Part shown: one piece after another, positions 1 to 7,521 of the stretch
Layout of the letters: the number at the start of each line of letters is the position of its first letter
How positions within the stretch are numbered: the stretch's first letter is position 1
Virus record (IMG/VR): IMGVR_UViG_3300027509_000029
Direction: 5' to 3' (one strand)
DNA: 34,013 nt
Source of the DNA: a virus
Notes under the pieces: model-generated
Told to the model about the DNA's origin: nothing
The model's input: the letters and a program-made list of their open reading frames with translations, nothing else
The model's database searches: none
Program-made: the position numbers and the translations under genes

Positions 1-127
1 ACTACCTACTACCAACTACCTACTACCTACTACCAACTACCAACTACCTACTACCTACTACCTACTACCTACTACCAAACCATCACGCCGATTTTTTCCG
101 CTTAGCTATCAATTGCTCTATCGCATC
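1..127. repeat. Terminal overlap, copy 1 (identical to 33887-34013)
   Basis: Compared base by base. The heptamer array and then CCAAACCATCACGCCGATTTTTTCCGCTTAGCTATCAATTGCTCTATCGCATC are identical at both ends. Confidence 0.95.
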
Positions 128-1243
128 AATATCATCAGACAGCTTTTTGATCTTTAAATTACTCTTGTAACCTTTGGTCCTAAAATCTGGATTTCCAAAT
201 TTCCGAACCCAGGTAACCAGCTTTCCAATCGCCATATCACTATAACCACGGGCAGCAAACCTAACCCAATGCGTTCTACATCTGATCGCATCCGGCGTAC
301 CGCTAGTAGTCGTTGCATGGTTGATATTATTAAGAGTAACTTCGTTCATATCGAATTCAGAGAAACCACCAGTAGCCATTGCTTCAACCATTTGAAACCA
401 GTCGTTATAACTTGGAAAACTACAGTTATAAAGCTCATCTTTAATCTCTTGCATCTCCTCAACACTCATACCATTAGCACCTAAACCACTCATACCAAAA
501 CCCTGTGAATTGTATTTAGTATTTTTGTCTCCACTAACCGCCTTATTTGCAATTTTGTTTTCAGATAGCTCTATTACGTCTACTGACCCGCTGTAATCAT
601 CAAAGTAATGCATGAAAAATTCAGAATCGTTTTCCTTGTTCTTACATGGCCAATAGAATCCACGACCGCGAGTGAAAGTAGACAAATCACAGTTGCCGCC
701 AGCCAGCTCAATCAACGACTCTTCACGATTGTAATAGTCATCAATACTAATCGGCTCTGCAATCCTGACAACGATCCTAAAACGATCTACCAAGCCCTCA
801 CCATTGTCTTTGTCTATCATGTGATTAAAGGATGTGTACACAAAAAACTCAACCTCTAGCCCTAACCAATGCTCTATCGCATCCTCAATAGTCACACCAC
901 CATCGTAGTCGATGACCAGGAACGCTACCGTTGCAATATTGGTATAAGCTCTCTGCACATGTATACGCCCATCCTCGCGCATCTTTGCAGTCATCTCGCC
1001 AGTGTCGTAATTAATCTTATAGGCACCATCATATGACTCCACATCATCAGGATCTACAAAGTCGCACGGAATAAAAAATATCCCATTATCTTTGTCTTTC
1101 AGCGTCTCAACATTGGCAGCCATATAGTCGTACAACTCCCGAAAGCCCATCTCAACTCTGTACTCATCATGTACAACATTTTGATTTCGTAGTACATGAG
1201 TATCCCAATTCGGCACCTCTCTATGCAATATTGTAAAATTCAT
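83..1243 (-). CDS. Putative archaeo-eukaryotic-type (AEP) primase/primase-polymerase with PriCT-like C-terminal domain
   Basis: 386-aa ORF. AEP-like motifs read by eye: hhhDxD (FLVIDYDGG) and SxH-like (VYTSFNH). The C-terminal helical W-rich segment (NDWFQMVEAMATGGF...THWVRF) resembles PriCT-2. The gene lies next to the SF3 helicase gene across the circular junction. ATGA overlap with the upstream ORF. Confidence 0.6.
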   Translation of the reverse strand: MNFTILHREVPNWDTHVLRNQNVVHDEYRVEMGFRELYDYMAANVETLKDKDNGIFFIPCDFVDPDDVESYDGAYKINYDTGEMTAKMREDGRIHVQRAYTNIATVAFLVIDYDGGVTIEDAIEHWLGLEVEFFVYTSFNHMIDKDNGEGLVDRFRIVVRIAEPISIDDYYNREESLIELAGGNCDLSTFTRGRGFYWPCKNKENDSEFFMHYFDDYSGSVDVIELSENKIANKAVSGDKNTKYNSQGFGMSGLGANGMSVEEMQEIKDELYNCSFPSYNDWFQMVEAMATGGFSEFDMNEVTLNNINHATTTSGTPDAIRCRTHWVRFAARGYSDMAIGKLVTWVRKFGNPDFRTKGYKSNLKIKKLSDDIDAIEQLIAKRKKSA

Positions 1244-1428
1244 GAAACCTCTCCCTCCTGCTGTCTCTCCACATCAAACTCCTTGATCACACCTGCACGA
1301 ATCCGCTTGTATAGACCGCTATGCTCTTCGCGCAACTGCTTGAGTACTCTCATCTCAATCTTTGAGCGTTGCAGACGCTTTGCATAACTCGGCATCTTAG
1401 TTTGATCTTGATATTTGTAATTGCTCAT
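1240..1428 (-). CDS. Small basic protein, unknown function (paralog family with 1531-1734 and 3169-3399)
   Basis: 62-aa ORF. Its stop overlaps the start of the primase gene (ATGA). AGGAG precedes the ATG on the minus strand (ctataggagttaattaaaaATG). Confidence 0.6.
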   Translation of the reverse strand: MSNYKYQDQTKMPSYAKRLQRSKIEMRVLKQLREEHSGLYKRIRAGVIKEFDVERQQEGEVS

Positions 1429-1462
1429 TTTTAATTAACTCCTATAGTTGTGTAATAAGCTG

Positions 1463-1478
1463 TGAGGAAATTTCCTCA
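1463..1478. repeat. Perfect 16-bp palindrome TGAGGAAATTTCCTCA (intercistronic)
   Basis: Read directly. The same half-sites occur in permuted order at 31596-31610 (TTTCCTC-A-GAGGAAA). Confidence 0.9.
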
Positions 1479-1530
1479 GTAAACTTATTTATAAGAGAAA
1501 ATCAACCACGTTTAGATATGAATTAAATCG

Positions 1531-1734
1531 TTATAACAACCCATCCTTTGACACTTTCTCATCATCAACACCGATCTCAGCATTAAAATCATCTATAATA
1601 CTTTTGAATAAATCGGGATGCTGCTCCTTCATCACCCGCCACAGATATCCACTCGCCCGCTGCTTGCGTTGTGCATAATTGCGTTTGTATTTCGTTGTCT
1701 TATCGCTCTGTATATACTGAATAATTTTTGGCAT
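1531..1734 (-). CDS. Small basic protein, unknown function (paralog family)
   Basis: 67-aa ORF. AGGAGA sits 8 nt upstream of the ATG on the minus strand. The YAQRKQR...RVMKEQHPDLFKSIIDDFNAE pattern parallels YAKRLQR...LREEHSGLYKRIRAGVIKEFDVE of the 62-aa ORF. Confidence 0.65.
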   Translation of the reverse strand: MPKIIQYIQSDKTTKYKRNYAQRKQRASGYLWRVMKEQHPDLFKSIIDDFNAEIGVDDEKVSKDGLL

Positions 1735-1823
1735 TTAATTATCTCCTATTATTTTGTAAATGCTCCCTACCACCAACCACCGCCACCGCCGCCGTCCTGG
1801 ACGGCGACGATGGCAACATCACC

Positions 1824-2069
1824 TCATCTCATCCCCGCCAACTCATCAACACCATCAGCGAGCGATCTCGCAGCCGCAGCATCCTCATCAGCATATCGAG
1901 CTAGCTCAGCATCAATGACAGCCAGCTCACGCTCTATCTCAGCATCCGTCATATCATCACTGTTATTGCAAAGATAATCCTGCAAATTAATCAACGATTT
2001 AACCGCAGCTTTCCGCTCTTCACTATCTACTACTATTTTATTCACTACTTTTTTCACTACTTTTTTCAT
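1824..2069 (-). CDS. Hypothetical acidic protein
   Basis: 81-aa ORF. Its start overlaps the stop of the upstream ATPase/GNAT gene by 4 nt (translational coupling). Confidence 0.6.
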   Translation of the reverse strand: MKKVVKKVVNKIVVDSEERKAAVKSLINLQDYLCNNSDDMTDAEIERELAVIDAELARYADEDAAAARSLADGVDELAGMR

Positions 2070-3172
2070 GTCTTATCTACTCCTATGGTTAACATGTACT
2101 CCTCAAACTCCTCATCACTCGGTATTACAAACTCATGCGATGTGCATACCCTCTCTGCATGCTTGAGCATATGCGCAGTAGTCTCTTTCGATTCGGCACC
2201 ACGCTCGCTCTTATAGTCCGTTCGTAGTTTGCGATTCTTAGATGTTGGCCTCCAAAAAATCGAATTTTCATGGTGCATACTCACAGCAACATTAGCTGCC
2301 TTAGAAAAATATCGACAACCACTCTCTACGATCAATCCCGCTACGGCATCATGAAAAGCATTGCCGATGCCCATGCCTTGATACTCAGGCAATACAACCA
2401 AACGATGCCCCCGCCAACCATTTTTAATATTGCGATGGGGCATTGCGATCACTGCTAAAAAAGCAACCGCTTTACCATCCATCAGCGCAGTCCAGGCATT
2501 TGCCGATTTATTAATAGCGCTATCTAGATAATGATGTCGGCTGAAACTCGGCCAAACCGCTTGCGCATCACACGGTCGGATCTTGAGAGACAACGGTTCA
2601 TGCCATCGCCGAAGGCACCTCCTTGCCGAAGCATCCAACCACTCACCCGCATCAACATCATAGATATGATCAGCTCGTAGGTACTCGCACACATCCACAT
2701 GACATGTCGCTACTACTAGATTACTCAGACCAGCTCTATTAATAGAGTGACACAATGCTCGCGCCGTTTGACGATCTACCAAACTCGTAAACTCATCTAT
2801 AAACTCAGAGCCGCGACTCAGAGCAACAGCAACCTCGGCACGATGACACTCACCGTTAGAAACTGTATTAAGAGTTCGACGCCATGTCGGTATAGAGCGC
2901 AATCCTGCTACTGTCAGCCAGTGCTCAGCATCCAACCCCGACTCAAACAATGTCCATATGGGCACATCACGATCCAAAACCGTCTCAACCATCCCCCACG
3001 ATCTCAGAATCGTCGATTTGCCACTGCCTGAGGCTCCCACTACGATTACTACGCCCTCAGGTGGTCTTGTCGGTATCTCTATCGCAGACTCAACATGATC
3101 AGCACTGAGATCATATTTTGCGAAAATCTCAGCACCATCACCACCATCACGCCCAGGCATCTCAGTACTCAA
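2066..3172 (-). CDS. ABC-type ATPase domain fused to GNAT acetyltransferase domain
   Basis: 368-aa ORF. N-terminal half: Walker A GASGSGKST, signature-like VSNGECHRAEV, Walker B EFIDEF followed by SLVD, and an H-loop-like ATCH. C-terminal half: GNAT motif A-like LVVLPEYQGMGIGNAF. Confidence 0.7.
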   Translation of the reverse strand: MSTEMPGRDGGDGAEIFAKYDLSADHVESAIEIPTRPPEGVVIVVGASGSGKSTILRSWGMVETVLDRDVPIWTLFESGLDAEHWLTVAGLRSIPTWRRTLNTVSNGECHRAEVAVALSRGSEFIDEFTSLVDRQTARALCHSINRAGLSNLVVATCHVDVCEYLRADHIYDVDAGEWLDASARRCLRRWHEPLSLKIRPCDAQAVWPSFSRHHYLDSAINKSANAWTALMDGKAVAFLAVIAMPHRNIKNGWRGHRLVVLPEYQGMGIGNAFHDAVAGLIVESGCRYFSKAANVAVSMHHENSIFWRPTSKNRKLRTDYKSERGAESKETTAHMLKHAERVCTSHEFVIPSDEEFEEYMLTIGVDKT

Positions 3173-3399
3173 GAGCGATCACCATCAGCAGCATCTAAAC
3201 TACCCAGCTCACGCTCATACTCATCCTCGAACGCTTGCACATGCTCAGCACGTATCGACTCATAGAGAGTGTTGTATTGCGCCTCATCAGCCCGCTTGTA
3301 ATGCTCAAGCATCTCCTTGTGTACTAACCGCCGCAGCTTGCTAGTCACGTTATTACGTAGATTGCCTTGCGCACTGCGAGTTGTATTATTCGTTGTCAT
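3169..3399 (-). CDS. Small protein, first gene of the leftward early operon (distant member of the small paralog family)
   Basis: 76-aa ORF. GAGGAGAA sits upstream of the ATG on the minus strand. 4-nt overlap with the downstream gene. Confidence 0.6.
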   Translation of the reverse strand: MTTNNTTRSAQGNLRNNVTSKLRRLVHKEMLEHYKRADEAQYNTLYESIRAEHVQAFEDEYERELGSLDAADGDRS

Positions 3400-3534
3400 A
3401 TGATTCTCCTCTGATTGACAATAATACTTATGATGAGATTTGCAGCGCGTACTCGCATTATTACCCGCTCTCAGAACTATCTCCTATGAATAATTATCAC
3501 TAATAGATACTTGACAGATTTTGTAAATATCTGT

Positions 3535-4479
3535 ATGGGATTAATAAAAGAGCAATCAAAGACGAAGTCAGACACAGAACACACTAATAAGAGTGTCCAA
3601 CAGTCAGACAGCAGCAGCAGCGACGGTCTGCATCACGTCTATTGTCTACATTTCGATCAAACAACTGTCCCAAGCGAAATCAGAGACGAGCTATTCCAGC
3701 AAATCAACGAAATTCGGGAGTACGGCACTGAGCTGCCAGGCGACACTGATCAGATAATTTTCTACATCGGAGAGACGTACCGAAAATCTGAGCGCATGCG
3801 AGAACATCGCACAGAGCCACACAACAAAAATCATAAATCTTGGGCATACAGCAGTCGCGAAATGATCCGCTGTCTCGACAGTCATAAAATAAAATGGGAT
3901 TACAAAATCCTCAAATCATTTCCGAAGGGCAGCCATGTCGATGATTTCGAGCATCATTTTTTCTGTCAGTTTGCCGATCTCAATCACCCCCTAACCAATA
4001 TGTCGACGACACTCGATTCACCCTCAGTACCACGCCTTGCTAAAGCCGAATCAATAGAAGAGTATCGTCAGATCAAAGACAACATCATTGAAGAGAAAAA
4101 AGCAGCAAAGAAAAGAAAGAGAACACAAAAGAGGAAACAAAAGAGAAAAATAAAAAATCGACGTGATCAAAAATTACATTGGCACGAAATACCAAATCCG
4201 AATCAAAGAGCAGAACTCAACGAAATCATCTCAGATCATATCCTTGAACTTGCATCATTAGAGACCAATCCAGTCAAGCAGCGAGACCTCATCGCAATTA
4301 GTGATCACATAGACGACCACCTATGGCTACGCCGTTGTCTGCCAGCTAATAGCATCACCGCAACTCAATTAAAAAAGTTTGTAATGGATGCTCTCAATGA
4401 CGATTTAACGATAGAAAAATCATCCGACCCGACCGCTGGCATGCGCGCACATGAGCTACGAAAACATCACGGCTGTTAA
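3535..4479 (+). CDS. Hypothetical protein with weak GIY-YIG-like motifs and a Lys/Arg-rich linker
   Basis: The track ORF starts at TTG 3511, which coincides with a TTGACA hexamer, so I prefer the in-frame ATG at 3535. Motifs: VYCLHF ... IFYIGETYRKSERMREH (GIY...YIG...R..H-like, but with non-canonical spacing) and KKAAKKRKRTQKRKQKRKIKNRR. Confidence 0.5.
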   Translation: MGLIKEQSKTKSDTEHTNKSVQQSDSSSSDGLHHVYCLHFDQTTVPSEIRDELFQQINEIREYGTELPGDTDQIIFYIGETYRKSERMREHRTEPHNKNHKSWAYSSREMIRCLDSHKIKWDYKILKSFPKGSHVDDFEHHFFCQFADLNHPLTNMSTTLDSPSVPRLAKAESIEEYRQIKDNIIEEKKAAKKRKRTQKRKQKRKIKNRRDQKLHWHEIPNPNQRAELNEIISDHILELASLETNPVKQRDLIAISDHIDDHLWLRRCLPANSITATQLKKFVMDALNDDLTIEKSSDPTAGMRAHELRKHHGC

Positions 4480-4500
4480 TAGCACTAAATATTTTCCGAT

Positions 4501-5157
4501 ATGAAAATAGCCTATAGAACATTAACCGATGTGCCGTATATTTTTACTCGATTATCACAACCATATTTTAAACCACTGATACCGTTGGTTGAGCATAGAT
4601 TACGACGCAATGGCTATCCTGATATCGAATTTGTTGTATTCAACCGTAAAAACCACGCAAAAATGCAACGAATCTATATAACGGGTTGGGATGCACCACA
4701 ACTAGAATACGACGCAACTAAAACTAAACCATTAAAACGCCTACATAACGGCATGAATCCTTTTCAATTGTGCAGATATTTACAACACACATATATACCG
4801 TTTATTGCACATCCCGAAATGGTTTTAGACTTTCAATCTCATGTTGAAACAGTCAGTGGCCCAAATGAAATTACAAAATATAACAACGTAGTTCTTTACA
4901 AGAAATCTATTGCGGATAGATTCATCTATCCCCCTTTAAATGCCATCACTGAATACTTAAAACACAACATTGGCACTCCACAACAGTTCCAATTGCTAAA
5001 TATGCTCAGGGAAAACGCGCGGGTTGTGGAGTCAACTAGAAATGGACAAGAAATCGAAAGACGAGCTAAAACAGATACTAACGACACCCCCCCAAGCTGG
5101 AGACCAGCTACCCGCAGGGCGAAACATAGGAAAAAGAGAAGGGCTGCTACTCGATAA
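4501..5157 (+). CDS. Hypothetical protein; its 3' end overlaps the next ORF around a C7 tract
   Basis: 218-aa ORF. The last ~20 codons after the C7 run (5087-5093) are an Arg/Lys-rich tail. Confidence 0.5.
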   Translation: MKIAYRTLTDVPYIFTRLSQPYFKPLIPLVEHRLRRNGYPDIEFVVFNRKNHAKMQRIYITGWDAPQLEYDATKTKPLKRLHNGMNPFQLCRYLQHTYIPFIAHPEMVLDFQSHVETVSGPNEITKYNNVVLYKKSIADRFIYPPLNAITEYLKHNIGTPQQFQLLNMLRENARVVESTRNGQEIERRAKTDTNDTPPSWRPATRRAKHRKKRRAATR

Positions 5158-5497
5158 GATCGAGAACGACAATATCCAAATCATTGCGAAACAACTCGGA
5201 TTACAGATGCCGGATCTTGTCATGTTGCAGATGGCAAACGGTGTAGATAAAAATCTTGAGCCAATAAAGGTCAGTAATCGCGAAATTCTGACCGCAGCTA
5301 TAGGCTTGCAAAACTCTATTGACAAACGGTATGTCAACGATCTACAGATTGATAACACACCTCCACCGCCAGCAGTCAATATTAATTTTAAAGGGACTGA
5401 TAACGACGATACCATCATCATTGAGCATGATGATGGTGATGATGATGAACCTATTGATCCTGATGATGACAGTGATTATATTGACGGTGATCAGTGA
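5024..5497 (+). CDS. Putative terminase small subunit (or C-terminal part of a frameshifted fusion with 4501-5157)
   Basis: 157-aa ORF immediately upstream of TerL, with a TGATG overlap. HTH-like segment NIQIIAKQLGLQMPDLV and an acidic C-terminal tail. Position-based call. Confidence 0.5.
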   Translation: MWSQLEMDKKSKDELKQILTTPPQAGDQLPAGRNIGKREGLLLDKIENDNIQIIAKQLGLQMPDLVMLQMANGVDKNLEPIKVSNREILTAAIGLQNSIDKRYVNDLQIDNTPPPPAVNINFKGTDNDDTIIIEHDDGDDDEPIDPDDDSDYIDGDQ

Positions 5498-6747
5498 TGC
5501 CTGATTTAAACGAATTAAATTTACAGTTCCCTGATAAAGCAAAATGCTTATTCGGTGATAGCCGTTACGTATGCCTATATGGAGGCCGGGCCAGCGGGAA
5601 ATCTTGGGCCATAGTCAGATACCTTATTATTAAAGCGATTACTGAAAAGCATAATATTTTATGCGCTCGACAATTCCAAAACTCAATATCAGCCTCTGTA
5701 TATAAGCTCATATGTGATCAAATATCTGCGATGGGTTTAAGTGCATATTTCCATATTACAAATAAAGAAATACTTTGTAAGACAACCGGCTCGGTTTTTA
5801 CTTTCATTGGCATTAAGAGAGATCCTGAAAAAATAAAATCATTAGAAAACGCAACACTATGTTTTGTAGAGGAGGGTGAATCCGTCAGTTCCGAGTCTTG
5901 GCGAGTCTTAATACCGACGCTGAGAGCGGAAGGCAGTCGTATACTCATTGCTTTTAACCCTAATCAGCCAGATGATCCGACGTATAAAAAATTCGTCGTA
6001 AACCCACCAAAAAGCTGTGTAAGTGTGCTCATGACGTATCTCGATAATCCGTGGTGCAGTCAGATTATGATCGACGAAGCGGAAGAGATGCGCATTAGTG
6101 ATCCTGAGATGTACTCACATGTATGGCTAGGTACATGCTTGCAGAAGAGTGACCAACAGGTTTTATGGGATCGTTGTGTAGTTGACGAATTCACTCCAAA
6201 AAACAATTGGAACGCCTCACCTTTGCATGGATTAGACTATGGATTTTCAGGCGATCCGATGGCATTTGTGCGATGTTGGATCTATGATAAAACGCTATGG
6301 ATAGAAGCAGAATCCACAGGTGTACGTATTGAAAACGACGATATAGTAGATCATATACTCAACGATGTACCATCAGCAGCACAATATGAAATTCGCTGCG
6401 ATAATTCCAGGCCTGAGACGACGAGTCACATTAGAAAAAATGGTTTGCCTAATGCTGTAAGCTGCACCAAAGGCGCGGATAGTATTAAAGAGGGGATAGC
6501 TTACTTAAGATCATTTAATCGCATCGTGATACATCCTCGCTGCAAATTCACGATACGCGAAGCACAGCTATATCGACACAAATTAGATCCACTCAGCGGC
6601 CAAGTCCTGCCCGCGATTATCGACAAACACAACAATTCTTGGGATGCCGTGAGGTACGCCATACAGACCACCATGCCCACGAAATCCAACCATAGCACTA
6701 TCACTACTACTAACAGCAATCGACAGCCACCACGGCTGCCTCGCTGA
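5494..6747 (+). CDS. terL: Terminase large subunit
   Basis: 417-aa ORF. N-terminal Walker A (YGGRASGKSWA) and Walker B-like CFVEEGE. Its size and its position ahead of the head genes fit PBSX/Terminase_3-like large terminases. Confidence 0.85.
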   Translation: MMPDLNELNLQFPDKAKCLFGDSRYVCLYGGRASGKSWAIVRYLIIKAITEKHNILCARQFQNSISASVYKLICDQISAMGLSAYFHITNKEILCKTTGSVFTFIGIKRDPEKIKSLENATLCFVEEGESVSSESWRVLIPTLRAEGSRILIAFNPNQPDDPTYKKFVVNPPKSCVSVLMTYLDNPWCSQIMIDEAEEMRISDPEMYSHVWLGTCLQKSDQQVLWDRCVVDEFTPKNNWNASPLHGLDYGFSGDPMAFVRCWIYDKTLWIEAESTGVRIENDDIVDHILNDVPSAAQYEIRCDNSRPETTSHIRKNGLPNAVSCTKGADSIKEGIAYLRSFNRIVIHPRCKFTIREAQLYRHKLDPLSGQVLPAIIDKHNNSWDAVRYAIQTTMPTKSNHSTITTTNSNRQPPRLPR

Positions 6748-7080
6748 TTATTTGCCCAAATCCATGCGCATCTGTAGCACTCTGATGTGTGCATCGGGAT
6801 CACTATTATACTCATCGAATATTCGAGTTATCACAGTATCATCTAATACGTGCCGCCGTTTTATCTCCGTTCTGTATTTGATGAGAGCATTGGTTTCGCT
6901 CGGATCGCCATCACTATTATCTTGTACATTAGCTGCAAGATCATCATACATCACTGCTAGTAACAGATCCGGAATAGTGCGTACATCAATCTTCTCATCA
7001 TCATCATGATCAAGATTTGCAAATATCTCATAATCATCTAATATCTTTTGCTTTTCAGCCGCCGTCATTGGGGTGCTCAT
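6748..7080 (-). CDS. Highly acidic small protein, unknown function (antisense cassette gene 2)
   Basis: 110-aa ORF with about 25 D+E versus about 13 K+R by my count. Its stop codon abuts the TerL stop codon with zero spacer. 4-nt overlap with the upstream ORF. Confidence 0.6.
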   Translation of the reverse strand: MSTPMTAAEKQKILDDYEIFANLDHDDDEKIDVRTIPDLLLAVMYDDLAANVQDNSDGDPSETNALIKYRTEIKRRHVLDDTVITRIFDEYNSDPDAHIRVLQMRMDLGK

Positions 7081-7370
7081 AGCTTTACCATCTCATTAAC
7101 ATTACGTTCTATTTGGTAGAACGAGTATCGTCGAATCAACGTCATATCATTGTATGTCCAAACACCATCCGATAACTCAATATGACCGCCGCTGATTGAT
7201 TTGGGACAAATAATTAGTGCAGTCTCATATTGCTGTATGCAGTCTCTTAGCTGATCTTGAGACAAGTGTGGGACTTGTGTTAATTTTATTTTGTTGCCAT
7301 CAACCCAAATAGTGTTGCGGTTGAATACCAGGTTATAACAGCATTTTAATTTATAGATAATGTTGTTCAT
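7077..7370 (-). CDS. Hypothetical protein (antisense cassette gene 1)
   Basis: 97-aa ORF. GGAGA sits 6 nt upstream of the ATG on the minus strand (gtggagataaaacATG). Confidence 0.6.
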   Translation of the reverse strand: MNNIIYKLKCCYNLVFNRNTIWVDGNKIKLTQVPHLSQDQLRDCIQQYETALIICPKSISGGHIELSDGVWTYNDMTLIRRYSFYQIERNVNEMVKL

Positions 7371-7449
7371 GTTTTATCTCCACACCCAGGCCATAAAATT
7401 ATCTGTCATCATTTTTTACTCCCTTTGTTAGAGAGTATTTAGTGGCCAC

Positions 7450-7485
7450 AAAAAAAGGGATCATCGGCGAGTATCCGATGATCCC
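7450..7485 (-). terminator. Rho-independent terminator oriented for leftward transcription
   Basis: 11-bp stem GGGATCATCGG / CCGATGATCCC (7457-7467 / 7475-7485) with a 7-nt loop. It is followed on the minus strand by T7 (A-run 7450-7456 on plus). Confidence 0.7.
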
Positions 7486-7521
7486 TAAACACTGCACTGC
7501 ACTCGATACTACGTTGCTACT

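Noticed and set aside
1618-1977. 119-codon plus-strand ORF with PPPPPP and Ser/Ala-rich tail
   Set aside because: It is antisense to orf67 and orf81 and spans their intergenic GC-rich hairpin. Low-complexity composition and no RBS.
3529-3546. TATCTGTATGGGATTAAT resembling the left half of the phage SOS boxes
   Set aside because: Only the CTGTATGG half is present. The right arm reads AATA instead of ACAG.
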